64,000 bases of DNA. Origin: Eledone cirrhosa. Its lineage: Eukaryota. The notes beneath the pieces are model-generated. The model made no database searches. It was not told where the DNA came from and was given only the letters and a program-made list of their open reading frames with translations. Below, one piece after another: positions 9,704 through 22,779 of this stretch (position 1 is its first letter; each line of letters opens with the position of its first letter). The stretch covers positions 26,846,001-26,910,000 of the forward strand of contig OZ024764.1 in assembly GCA_964016885.1 (NCBI GenBank), given 5' to 3'. The translations under genes and the position numbers were made by a program.

Positions 9704-11099
9704 TTCTGTGATTTGTTGTTTCTTCTTTCTCTCTTCCGAGAAACAATCCTGTATTTTTTTAATCTATTCCATGCGTTAAGTAATTAGCAGCAACAACAAA
9801 CTGATTTTCAGTTGTAAAAAGAATCTTTAAACCTTCACCATTTACATTAACACATACCATACGTTGTCCCAGCCACAAATAAACAGTAAAAAAAACTTAC
9901 TTTGCGGTTAAATTCTTCACAATTAAAAGAAAAATATTTCTAACACGTTTCTAGACAACACCAAGTTTACACCTTCAATATCCGGTAAAAGTAAAAACAT
10001 ATTCTGGAGACATTTAACGAAACGAAACTATGTAAAGAAAAACGAAAATTAAACGAAGACAAATAGTAAATTTTAATTTTTATTAAATAAAATACCAGTA
10101 ATTCACTGCAGTAGATTTAATCAACTTTACTCTCTCTGCACGAAAGAAGAAAAAAATTCCTGACTTAGTGCTTAATATATAGAGAGGGGGAGAGTTTGGT
10201 GTTACTTCATATAGAGAGGGGTATTGGAAGAGAGTGCCGTGTAGTAGATATAGAGAGGGAGAGAGTGTGTGCTAATTGATATAAAGAGGGGGATTTGCAC
10301 CCCCCCCCCGCCTAGAAAAATTCTGAAATGCTTCGACCTCCCTGTACATATATATATATATATAGTATACACACACAGACATATATATAGTAAATAAATG
10401 TGTGTGTGTATCAGTGGTCCCCAAACTTTTCTGTTCCACACCCCTCCTCTAAAATATGTTTATGTTCCCCTTTAATATAAAAACAATCCGAGTATTCTGA
10501 AAGTATTATTACTGTAATATAAAGTAGAAACCCTTTATTTAAACAAAGCTACGATGCAGCGATGATCAAAACAAACTTCTCGTAGGTGCTGCCAAGCGGG
10601 GAAAAGTGGATGTATAATGATGATGATATATATATATATGCCCCACCCTTGCAAACAGGGAAAAGCAGACGTAAAATGAAAATGATGATATATATATAGA
10701 TAGATAGATATGTATATATATATATTTATACTTATACGTCATGGTGGCTACAGGTGCCAAGAGGAAGAAGCCGGTCAAATCCTCTGATATTTGTTTATCT
10801 TCCTTTCCTTTGTATATATATATATAGTATGTGTGTGTGTATGAAGATGTATGACCCCTAGCAAGCCAAACTACAGTTACTCCCCAACATGGAGAGCAAA
10901 TTAAAACATTACCTGTTAGAGACGAACGTGAAATGATTTGTTAGTGAACTACCGGTGTCACAGTAATTATGTTACCGGTGTAACTATTTCTGTTTACCTT
11001 ATTTTTAAATGACACTCCTATATTAGTTTAGTGACCTTTCAATTCAAATAAATTCTTGATGATGATTGAACTCGCATCGGAGTAGCCCAACGCCTTGGC

Positions 11100-11468
11100 C
11101 TCCGCGTGTGTGAGCCACATAAATGCTCTCAACGACATAGTGAGAAGAAGCCTGGACGCAGCTGAATTTCCATCTCAACTGGAGTCAGCAGGCTTAGGCC
11201 GCGGAGATGGCAAGCACCCCGAGGGAATCACCCTCTTCCCATTCGAAGGAGGTAGATCCACAAACCCCAGCATCGCTGCCCGTCTCGCAGATGAACATCA
11301 AATAAACAAATTCCGGTGTTTGTCCTGGAGCCTCTTCTAAGCACCAGCCGCCGTCGAGACCCCGGGCCAACTTGGACCCATTACAGCCGAGCTCCTCCGC
11401 AACATCGCAGTGTCTGTGGCCCGTCTGAGGATGGAGTCCCACGAGGTTGGATGCCTGTTGCAGCAAGT
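11100..11468 (+). mobile_element. CRE-like non-LTR retrotransposon RLE fragment
   Basis: HINALNDIVRRSLDAAEFPSQLESAGLGRGDGKHPEGITLFPFEGG (degenerate RPDG motif), AARLADEHQINKFRCL, then in another frame AAVETPGQLGPITAELLRNIA..ESHEVGCLLQQV. Confidence 0.75.
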
Positions 11469-11572
11469 GTTACTGTCCTTACATATATATACGTAAATGT
11501 TCCCTTGACTGCTATTTCTAGCATATATTAATAGACACTTTAGAAACAGCAGCTAAAAATCAAGAAACAACA

Positions 11573-11596
11573 GTGTGTGTCTGTATATATATACAC

Positions 11597-11673
<77 letters not shown>

Positions 11674-11752
11674 AGCCAAAGACACGCACACACGAACATA
11701 CACATACACACAGGTGTATGTCTGCGTGTATGTATATATATGTGTGTGTCTT

Positions 11753-11846
<94 letters not shown>
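11573..11846. repeat. Compound microsatellite quasi-palindrome (GA)n..(CA)/(TG)..(CT)n-(AT)n
   Basis: Pure GA run ~11604-11672 faces a CT run ~11759-11801, followed by an AT run. Confidence 0.9.
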
Positions 11847-11850
<4 letters not shown>

Positions 11851-12062
11851 GTCAGTGATCCCCCTCGCAACCTTTAATTAAACAAACCTGCGGTGAGGCG
11901 ATGATCAAAATAAACACCAAAGTATAAACAAACAGCCCATAGGTGCTGCCGGATACACGATAACATGTGTAGACGAAGTAAAACTTTTATTACTGTAATA
12001 TAAAGTAGAAACCCTTTATTTAAACAAAGCTGCGATGCAGCGATGATCAAAACAAACTTCAA

Positions 12063-13081
12063 ATAACATGTGTATACGAAGTGTATCTGGAAGCTTGGTC
12101 GTATTATATGACTTTCAAATTGACCCCTATTATATTCAAATTATCCCCTGTGGGGCGTGCACCCCACGTTGAGAATCCCTCATAAATAAATATATGTGAG
12201 TGTGTTGCTATGACTGCTATTTCTAGCAGGTTTACTGCAGTCCTGTAGACGCACAACAAAAACCGGAAGTGGCAGCCATTAAAAAACTTTGGCTTAAAAT
12301 CAGGCAAAAGTTTTTTAACAATTTGCCAAGAAAGATAACTCTTGTCTTACTTAATCGCAAAAATCGAGGCAAAAATTTTGTGGGTGTACAGTTTGTTTGG
12401 TGTATTTGACTGCTATTTCTAGCATGTATGGACACTTTAGAAATAGCAGCGAAAAACGGAAAACAGCAGAAAGAAGGACACACACCTATATATATATATA
12501 TATATACCAGCTATACACTCACCCATACATATATATATATACCAGCTATACACACACCCATATCTACGTATAGGTGTGTGTGCGCGCGTGTATGTATATA
12601 TAAATATATATATTTAAATGTATATATCTGTGCATATATATATGTATATATATATACGTGTGTGTCCTTCTTTCTTATGTTTCCCGTGTTTCGCTGCTAT
12701 TTCTAAAGTGTCCATATATGCTAGAAATAGCAGTCAAATACACCAAACAAACTGCACACCCGCAAAATTTTTTGCCTCGATTTTTGCGATTAAGTAAGAC
12801 AAGAGTTATCTTTCTTGGCAAATTGTTAAAAAACTTTTGCCTGATTTTAAGCCAAAGTTTTTTAATGGCTTCCACTTCCGGTTTTTGTTGTGCGTCTACA
12901 GGACTGCAGTAAACCTGCTAGAAATAGCAGTCATAGCAACACACTCACATATATTTATTTATGAGGGATTCTCAACGTGGGGTGCACGCCCCACAGGGGA
13001 TAATTTGAATATAATAGGGGTCAATTTGAAAGTCATATAATACGACCCAACTCCCTGTTACACTTCGTATACACATGTTAT
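12063..13081. repeat. Long inverted repeat, arms ~12063-12486 and ~12657-13081, with a ~170-bp TA/CA-rich spacer
   Basis: Near-identical ORFs on opposite strands (12104-12307 minus, 12837-13040 plus); each arm contains a hAT-like end agggattctcaacgtggggtgcacgcccc. Confidence 0.9.
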
Positions 13082-15269
13082 CGTGTATCTGGCAGCACCT
13101 GCGAGAAGTTTGTTTACATTTTGGGGTTTGCTTTGATGATCGCTGCATCTCAGCTTTGTTTAAATAAAGGGTTTCTACTTTATATTACAGTAATAACACT
13201 TTTACAAGACTCGGATTGTTTTTATATTAAAGGGGGACATGTTTTTTAAACTCTGAACTCAGCATCTTTCTGTTGTTCTCCGGGATTCTAGCAAAGTATA
13301 AAAAAATATATATATATATAGATATATATATATATATCTGGCAGTCAACCTCAGACTCGAAAAAGCCGCCGCTAATCGTGATCGTTGGGGTTATAATTCG
13401 ACTAAAGTGCTTCCACTGGGCACCATTAGCTGGTTGTGATCATTGGAGAATTCTTTCTGCGCTGAAAGAGCCTAGGACTAAAAGATATATATATAGATGT
13501 CGAAACGGCAGTAGCACAGCCGTTGGGGTCCTGAATATTTTCACATCTATATATGTGTGTGTATTCTGCGACATTTATAATTACATAAGCAAGCATATTT
13601 GAATAACAAAATTTGAGGTTTAAATACTTTATTTTTTACCAATAACATAGAGAAAGGCATGAACAACACCACATGTTAATTACTTTAATATTGAAAGTAG
13701 GCTTATAAATATTAAAAAAGCAGATGCTTGTATCTTTCATGGTGGTCTGGTGGGTGATACCAGAGATGGTGGTAGTCATGGTTTCGGTTTCAATCCTGGT
13801 CATGGGTTACATATAAGGTCTCATTTTTCTTTCTTTCAGTTTTCTTCTTATCTCTAGATATAAATATATATACATAAGGTAATTTGGTAGAATTGTTAGA
13901 ACATCAGATAGAATTCTTTGCAGTATTTTTCCAGTTCTTTACTCTGAGTTCAACTTTACCTTTCTTCCATTCGGTGTCGATAAGTCTTGAATATGTCTAA
14001 CGTAGCAATAACTGGAGCTACTTAACCAAGTTTTCCCAACCTAGTCGATGTCACCTACTGGTTGGCGATTTAAACTGTTGGCTGGGACAATGACCAACTA
14101 ATCAGTCAGATTCCAACTCACTATGTCTGGCATATATTTTATATTTTATATTTGAATGAAGTTCTGTAAGTAACCTGGTGGCTTAGATGGCAATACTGCT
14201 CGAATAGATGGCTTCTATTATGAAGTTATAAGTTCATTCCCTATCCAGGATTGTAGAATTAATTTTATTTAGTTATTATTTAATCAATTGTTTTAACAAA
14301 CAAATTATATCTATAAAACGCCAAATATAGTGAGTTCAAATCTGACTGACATGCATGGTATATATTTATGTTTCATTATACAGCGACACAATACACAGGA
14401 ACTTATAAAGATATGTATATATTGTCCAGGAGTTTCGAGTTTAGTGGGAATTGGTACAACTCTCAATTGGAGCTAGTCCCTGCAAGATCAGCATAAATAA
14501 TGTTATACCTTTTCATGAAATCTTGCACACCCGATATTTTATACATGATTATTTAAAGGTGAACAAAAACCAAAGAACATTGTGCAGCATTTCTCAACCT
14601 TTCTACCCATGTCGATCTCTTGAAATAGTTTTTATGTCTCAGGTAAGCCCTGCATAAAATATACTTTTTCTATCTCTAGAGCAGTGGTTCCCAAATCGTG
14701 TGCTGCGAGATGAAACAAGATGAGCTGCAAAAGACTAAGATTAAGTTTTAAGATGTGAAAAATATAAAACTGAAATTTCATATAATAGTTCAAATATAGC
14801 TACAGCCACAAACCTAGGCTCCACACCCCGCAATGCAGAGGATAGTAAGATAGTACCAAGGCCTGACTCACCTCTTCCACTCCATTGAGACCTCTGCCAT
14901 ACTTGGTCCCTGTACTGCTGATTTCCTCCATAAAGTCGGGAGGAAAGACAACAGAAGCCTCATGAGGAGGGGCAACTATTGTAGCAGGTGTCTCTGGCCT
15001 TGTTCCGAGGTAACGCTTTTACGTTTCTTCCACAGGTTGCGGCTGAGGGACCACTTAGACTGGGGTGAAGTGTCTGTCCCTCCCCCGACTTCTTACTTCT
15101 TTTTTTTTCTCATTTTCATTTTCTTTTCTCTTCTTGCTTATCTCTGCTATACCACGGCATCAAAAACATATATAATATGTGTATGTATGGTATAGGTGTA
15201 TTTATATTTAGGATAGTTATCAAAGGTAAATAGACTGGTTGGAGCAATAACAGTCTTGTTTATGTATAT

Positions 15270-15332
<63 letters not shown>

Positions 15333-15433
15333 TGTTCTTGTATTTCCATAGAAAAGGTAAAGAAAAGAAGAATGCTATATATATTGTACAGAGCTATTTA
15401 ATTACATAATAAACAACAGAATATAATTATTCC

Positions 15434-15685
15434 ATGCAAATAGACTTAGACTGGAAAACATTCAGACAGAGAAGAATGGATAATGAGCGTCGTAAGAGAA
15501 ATTGCCAACAATTAATATTAATGGAAATGTAGAAGAATTTCATATTAGTGATATGAATGTTTCGTGTGATCACTGTGGAGCTTTGAAATTTAGAAATGAA
15601 AATTGTAACTGTTGTAATAAAGGAAAGGTTATGTTGCCACCATTGCAAATATACCCTGAGAGACTGAGAAATCTCTTTGAAAGAG
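15434..15685 (+). pseudogene. Truncated Helitron N-terminal fragment ending in a fold-back junction
   Basis: Paralog of 1359-1611 with a 1-bp deletion. Confidence 0.8.
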
Positions 15686-15704
15686 ATTTCTCAGTCTCTC
15701 AGGG

Positions 15705-16506
15705 TATATATTCCCGCCGGTGAAATAAAAATTTTAATAGAAAAACGGCGGGAATATATGTTACAACCCAACCTACATATTTTTGGGTTGTAACATATAT
15801 TCCCGCCGTTGAAATAAATATTTTAATAGAAAAACGGCGGGAATATATGTTACAACCCAATCTATATATATTTGAGTTGTAACATATATTCCCGCCGTTG
15901 AAATAAAAATTTTAATAGAAAAACGGCGGGAATATATGTTACAACGCAATCTATATATATTTGGGTTGTAACATATATTCCCGCCGTTGAAATAAAAATT
16001 TTAATAGAAAAACGGCGGGAATATATGTTACAACCCAACCTATATATGTTTGGGTTGTAATATATATTCCCGCCGTTTTTCTGTTAAAATTTTTATTTCA
16101 ACGGCGGGAATATATGTTACAACCCAAATATATGTAGATTGGGTTGTAACATATATTCCCGCCGTTTTTCTATTAAAATTTTTATTTCGACGGCGGGAAT
16201 ATATGTTACAACCCAAATATATATAGATTGCGTTGTAACATATATTCCCGCCGTTTTTCTATTAAAATTTTTATTTCAACGGCGGGATTATATGTTACAA
16301 CCCAAATATATGTAGATTGGATTGTAACATATATTCCCGCCGTTTTTCTATTAAAATTTTTATTTCAACGGCGGGAATATATGTTACAACTCAAATATAT
16401 ATAGATTGGGTTGTAACATATATTCCCGCCGTTTTTCTATTAAAATTTTTATTTCACCGGCGGGAATATGTTACAACCCAAATATATATATATTGAGTTG
16501 TAACAT
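15705..16506. repeat. 89-bp foldback-like array, 9 units, 4 forward + 5 reverse
   Basis: Same unit; the 22-bp spacer switches to tttctattaaaatttttatttc after unit 4. Confidence 0.95.
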
Positions 16507-17980
16507 GGGTTACATATAAGGTCTCATTTTTTTTCTTTTCTTTCTTTCAGTTTTCTTCTTATCTCTAGATATAAATATATACACATGAGGTAACTTGGTA
16601 GAATTGTTAGAACATCAGATAGAATTCTTTGCAGTATTTTTCCAGTTCTTTACTCTGAGTTCAACTTTACCTTTCTTCCATTCAGTGTCGATAAGTCTTG
16701 GATATGTCTAACGTAGCAATAACTGGAGCTACTTAACCAAGTTTTGCCAACCTAGTCGATGTCACCTACTGGTTGGCGATTTAAACTGTTGGCTGGGACA
16801 ATGACCAACTAATCAGTCAGATTCGAACTCACTATGTCTGGCATATATTTTATATTTTATATTTGATTGAAGTCCTGTAAGTAACCTGGTGGCTTAGATG
16901 GCAATACTGCTCGAATAGATGGCTTCTATTATGCAGTTATAAGTTCATTCCCTATCCAGGATTGTAGAATTAATTTTATTTAGTTATTATTTAATCAATT
17001 GTTTTAACAAACAAATTATATCTATAAAACGCCAAATATAGTGAGTTCAAATGTGACTGACATGCATGGTATATATTTATGTTTCATTATACAGCGACAC
17101 AATACACAGGAACTTATAAAGATATGTATATATTGTCCAGGAGTTTCGAGTTTAGTGGGAATTGGTACAACTCTCAATTGGAGCTAGTCCCTGCAAGATC
17201 AGCATAAATAATGTTATACCTTTTCATGAAATCTTGCACACCCGATATTTTATACATGATTATTTAAAGGTGAACAAAAACCAAAGAACATTGTGCAGCA
17301 TTTCTCAACCTTTCTACCCATGTCGATCTCTTGAAATAGTTTTTATGTCTCAGGGAAGCCCTGCATAAAATATACTTTTTCTATCTCTAGAGCAGTGGTT
17401 CCCAAATCGTGTGCTGCGAGATGAAACAAGATGAGCTGCAAAAGACTAAGATTAAGTTTTAAGATGTGAAAAATATAAAACTGAAATTTCATATAAAAGT
17501 TCAAATATAGCTACAGCCACAAACCTAGGCTCCACACCCCGCAATGCAAAGGATAGTAAGATAGTACCAAGGCCTGACTCACCTCTTCCACTCCATTGAG
17601 ACCTCTGCCATACTTGGTCCCTGTACTGCTGATTTCCTCCATAAAGTCGGGAGGAAAGACAACAGGAGCCTCATGAGGAGGGGCGACTATTGTAGCAGGT
17701 GTCTCTGGCCTTGCTCCGAGGTAACGCTTTTACGTTTCTTCCACAGGTTGCGGCTGAGGGACCACTTAGACTGGGGTGAAGTGTCTGTCCCTCCCCCGAC
17801 TTCTTACTTCTTTTTTTTTCTCATTTTCATTTTCTTTTCTCTTCTTGCTTATCTCTGCTATACCACGGCATCAAAAACATATATAATATGTGTATGTATG
17901 GTATAGGTGTATTTATATTTAGGATAGTTATCAAAGGTAAATAGACTGGTTGGAGCAATAACAGTCTTGTTTATGTATAT

Positions 17981-18019
<39 letters not shown>

Positions 18020-18120
18020 TGTTCTTGTATTTCCATAGAAAAGGTAAAGAAAAGAAGAATGCTATATATATTGTACAGAGCTATTTAATTACATAATAAA
18101 CAACAGAATATAATTATTCC

Positions 18121-18372
18121 ATGCAAATAGACTTAGACTGGAAAACATTCAGACAGAGAAGAATGGATAATGAGCGTCGTAAGAGAAATTGCCAACAATT
18201 AATATTAATGGAAATGTAGAAGGATTTCATATTAGTGATATGAATGTTTCGTGTGATCACTGTGGAGCTTTGAAATTTAGAAATGAAAATTGTAACTGTT
18301 GTAATAAAGGAAAGGTTATGTTGCCACCATTGCAAATATACCCTGAGAGACTGAGAAATCTCTTTGAAAGAG
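18121..18372 (+). pseudogene. Truncated Helitron N-terminal fragment ending in a fold-back junction
   Basis: Paralog of 15434-15685 at +2687. Confidence 0.8.
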
Positions 18373-18391
18373 ATTTCTCAGTCTCTCAGGG

Positions 18392-19193
18392 TATATATTC
18401 CCGCCGGTGAAATAAAAATTTTAATAGAAAAACGGCGGGAATATATGTTACAACCCAACCTACATATTTTTGGGCTGTAACATATATTCCCGCCGTTGAA
18501 ATAAATATTTTAATAGAAAAACGGCGGGAATATATGTTACAACCCAATCTATATATATTTGAGTTGTAACATATATTCCCGCCGTTGAAATAAAAATTTT
18601 AATAGAAAAACGGCGGGAATATATGTTACAACGCAATCTATATATATTTGGGTTGTAACATATATTCCCGCCGTTGAAATAAAAATTTTAATAGAAAAAC
18701 GGCGGGAATATATGTTACAACCCAACCTACATATGTTTGGGTTATAATATATATTCCCGCCGTTTTTCTGTTAAAATTTTTATTTCAACGGCGGGAATAT
18801 ATGTTACAACCCAAATATATGTAGATTGGGTTGTAACATATATTCCCGCCGTTTTTCTATTAAAATTTTTATTTCGACGGCGGGAATATATGTTACAACC
18901 CAAATATATATAGATTGCGTTGTAACATATATTCCCGCCGTTTTTCTATTAAAATTTTTATTTCAACGGCGGGAATATATGTTACAACCCAAATATATGT
19001 ACATTGGATTGTAACATATATTCCCGCCGTTTTTCTATTCAAATTTTTATTTCAACGGCGGGAATATATGTTACAACTCAAATATATATAGATTGGGTTG
19101 TAACATATATTCCCGCCGTTTTTCTATTAAAATTTTTATTTCACCGGCGGGAATATGTTACAACCCAAATATATATATATTGAGTTGTAACAT
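18392..19193. repeat. 89-bp foldback-like array, 9 units, 4 forward + 5 reverse
   Basis: Near-identical to 15705-16506. Confidence 0.95.
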
Positions 19194-20780
19194 GGGTTAC
19201 ATATAAGGTCTCATTTTTTTTCTTTTCTTTCTTTCAGTTTTCTTCTTATCTCTAGATATAAATATATATACATGAGGTAACTTGGTAGAATTGTTAGAAC
19301 ATCAGATAGAATTCTTTGCAGTATTTTTCCAGTTCTTTACTCTGAGTTCAACTTTACCTTTCTTCCATTCAGTGTCGATAAGTCTTGAATATGTCTAACG
19401 TAGCAATAACTGGAGCTACTTAACCAAGTTTTCCCAACCTAGTCGATGTCACCTACTGGTTGGCGATTTAAACTGTTGGCTGGGACAATGACCAACTAAT
19501 CAGTCAGATTCGAACTCACTATGTCTGGCATATATTTTATATTTTATATTTGAATGAAGTTCTGTAAGTAACCTGGTGGCTTAGATGGCAATACTGCTCG
19601 AATAGATGGCTTCTATTATGCAGTTATAAGTTCATTCCCTATCCAGGATTGTAGAATTAATTTTATTTAGTTATTATTTAATCAATTGTTTTAACAAACA
19701 AATTATATCTATAAAACGCCAAATATAGTGAGTTCAAATCTGACTGACATGCATGGTATATATTTATGTTTCATTATACAGCGACACAATACACAGGAAC
19801 TTATAAAGATATGTATATATTGTCCAGGAGTTTCGAGTTTAGTGGGAATTGGTACAACTCTCAATTGGAGCTAGTCCCTGCAAGATCAGCATAAATAATG
19901 TTATACCTTTTCATGAAATCTTGCACACCCGATATTTTATACATGATTATTTAAAGGTGAACAAAAACCAAAGAACATTGTGCAGCATTTCTCAACCTTT
20001 CTACCCATGTCGATCTCTTGAAATAGTTTTTATGTCTCAGGGAAGCCCTGCATAAAATATACTTTTTCTATCTCTAGAGCAGTGGTTCCCGAATCGTGTG
20101 CTGCGAGATGAAACAAGATGAGCTGCAAAAGACTAAGATTAAGTTTTATGATGTGAAAAATGTAAAGCTGAAATTTCATATAAAAGTTCAAATATAGCTA
20201 CAGCCACAAACCTAGGCTCCACACCCCGCAATGCAGAGGATAGTAAGATAGTACCAAGGCCTGACTCACCTCTTCCACTCCATTGAGACCTCTGCCATAC
20301 TTGGTCCCTGTACTGCTGATTTCCTCCATAAAGTCGGGAGGAAAGATGACAGGAGCCTCATGAGGAGGGGCGACTATTGTAGCAGGTGTCTCTGGCCTTG
20401 CTCCGAGGTAACGCTTTTACGTTTCTTCCACAGGTTGCGGCTGAGGGACCACTTAGACTGGGGTGAAGTGTCTGTCCCTCCCCCGACTTCTTACTTCTTT
20501 TTTTTTCTCCTTTTCATTTTCTTTTCTCTTCTTGCTTATCTCTGCTATACCACGGCATCAAAAACATATATGATATATGTATGTATGGTATAGGTGTATT
20601 TATATTTAGGATAGTTATCAAAGGTAAATAGACTGGTTGGAGCAATAACAGTCTTGTTTATGTATATACATATATATATATATTTATATGTTTGTACTTG
20701 TATTTCCATAGAAAAGGTAAAGAAAAGAAGAGTGCTCTATGTATTGTACAGAGCTATTTAATTACATAATAAACAACAGA

Positions 20781-21527
20781 ATGGAAAACATTCAGACAGA
20801 GAAGAATGGATAATGAGCGTTGTAAGAGAAATTGGCCAACAATTAATATTAATGGAAATGTAGAAGAATTTCATATTAGTGATATGAATGTTTCGTGTGA
20901 TCACTGTGGAGCTTTGAAATTTAGAAATGAAAATTGTAACTGTTGTAATAAAGGAAAGGTTGTGTTGCCACCATTGCAAATATACCCTGAGAGACTGAGA
21001 AATCTCTTTGAAAGAGGCCAGGAAGCAGTTGATTTCACAGAAACATCTGCAATTAAAACTACATTTATTTCACTTCATTTGGTGTTACCACCCGGCAGAG
21101 GCCCGTATAGCTTTCATATTCAGGGTCAAACATATCACTACACCCCCATCTCTGTAACCTGCAGAAAATACACCACAATATGGCCAGTTATATATTATTG
21201 ATGGGAACGAAGGTATGTAGCACAGATTGGAAGTACGTCCAAATAATTGTTTCTAGCACAAGGCCAGCAATTACTGGTACTTTATTCTATCGACCTAATA
21301 AGGATGAAAACAAAGTCAACCTTGGAGGGATTTGAACCCAGAACGTAAAGGGACATAACCCTATGCTGTAAAGCATGGTGTCTGGCGCTCTACCGATACT
21401 GCCAATCCACTGCCCTAGTACCAACAAATAATGACTGCTCACCACAAAAAATGGCTATGATAAGAGAAGTGTTGCATGAATGTAATTCATATGTCGAAGT
21501 GTACAATACAATGCATGGCATCACAAA

Positions 21528-21531
<4 letters not shown>
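20781..21531 (+). pseudogene. Helitron N-terminal fragment, copy B
   Basis: Near-identical to 4047-4814, including the SINE; 30-bp deletion at the 5' end. Confidence 0.85.
21248..21416 (-). mobile_element. tRNA-derived SINE (paralog of 4531-4699)
   Basis: Same sequence and insertion site in copy B. Confidence 0.8.
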
Positions 21532-21559
<28 letters not shown>

Positions 21560-22449
21560 CTACTAAAGAGTATGTAAAATTTTAAAATAAATACTTAAAT
21601 TCAATTTGTATAATTACACATACAATATGTTTTGTTGTAAAACCCTAAATAATGATTTAAGAAATGATGTCAATCTCTTTGTACAGAGAAAAACAATTTA
21701 TATATATGCATTGTGTGCGCGTGTATACTCCATTTAAGACAGTGAAAAACCTAGTACCTCCTTCAAAGAATGCCAAATAGTTTATGCCTAAGGTGTAACA
21801 CTAATTAAGTTACCGGTGTAGATATTTCAGTTGAACCCTGCTTCAAACATGCATATTATTATTATATATTTTCAAACACACTTACATACATTATATTTAT
21901 ACACATAGAAATAATAAGTTAAAACTAAAGTATAATGATATAACAACAGTATATAATAGTTTTCTTCACTTTATTGAAATGCAATCGTTTTAAAGAAAAA
22001 ACATGACAGTATAAGAAATATTTAATATGATAACATAATATTTCAGGTAGGATGGTCGTTTCTCTATGATGGTGGTTTCTCTTTGAACTAATAATTGTTT
22101 CTATTTTAGGCACAAGGTCAGTAATTAACCAGTACATTACTGGTACTTTATTTTATCGACCCCGTAAGGATGAAAGGCAAAGTTGACCTCGGATCGTAAA
22201 GGGACGTAACTATGCTGGAAAGCATGGCGTCAGACCCTCTACCGATACTGCCAATTCACCATACAGTATAATTATACAAATATGCATATAGATAGCAATA
22301 TATATACACTAATATGTATGTACATATTTACACATATGTACATATATATAGGGAGAGAGAGAGACACATGTATGTATATATATATACACATGCGTGTATG
22401 CATGTGTGTTTATGTACATTCTTCGGTATATATATCGGTATACACATTG

Positions 22450-22736
22450 GAGACACAGAGAGAGAGAGTTGAAACGAGAGGTGAGAGAGTTGAAACAAGA
22501 GAGGAGATGGTTGAAACACGAGGAGAGAGAGAGAGTTGAAACGAGAGGAGAGAGAGAGAGTTGAAACGAGGAGAGAGTTGAAATAAGAGGGTGAGGGGAG
22601 AGAGGAAGAGAGAGAGAGAGAGAGAGGAAGAGAGAGAGAGGGGATGAGAGAGAGGAATAGAGATAGAGGGGAAGAGAGAGAGGGGGAGAGAAGGGGATGA
22701 AACAACAGAGAGAGGGGAGAGAAAGAGAGAGGGGAT

Positions 22737-22779
<43 letters not shown>

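Larger units (their letters stand above)
13801..22450 (+). repeat. Composite ~2.7-kb tandem unit: two short forms (13801-16503, 16504-19190) plus one long form (from 19191)
   Basis: Unit start catgggttacatataagg at 13801, 16504, 19191; landmark atgtcacc at 14048, 16759, 19446. Confidence 0.95.

Noticed and set aside
13456-13512. Possible hammerhead ribozyme core (ctgaaagag...cgaaac)
   Set aside because: The CUGAnGA box is imperfect and stems II/III cannot be formed convincingly; would need an Infernal search.
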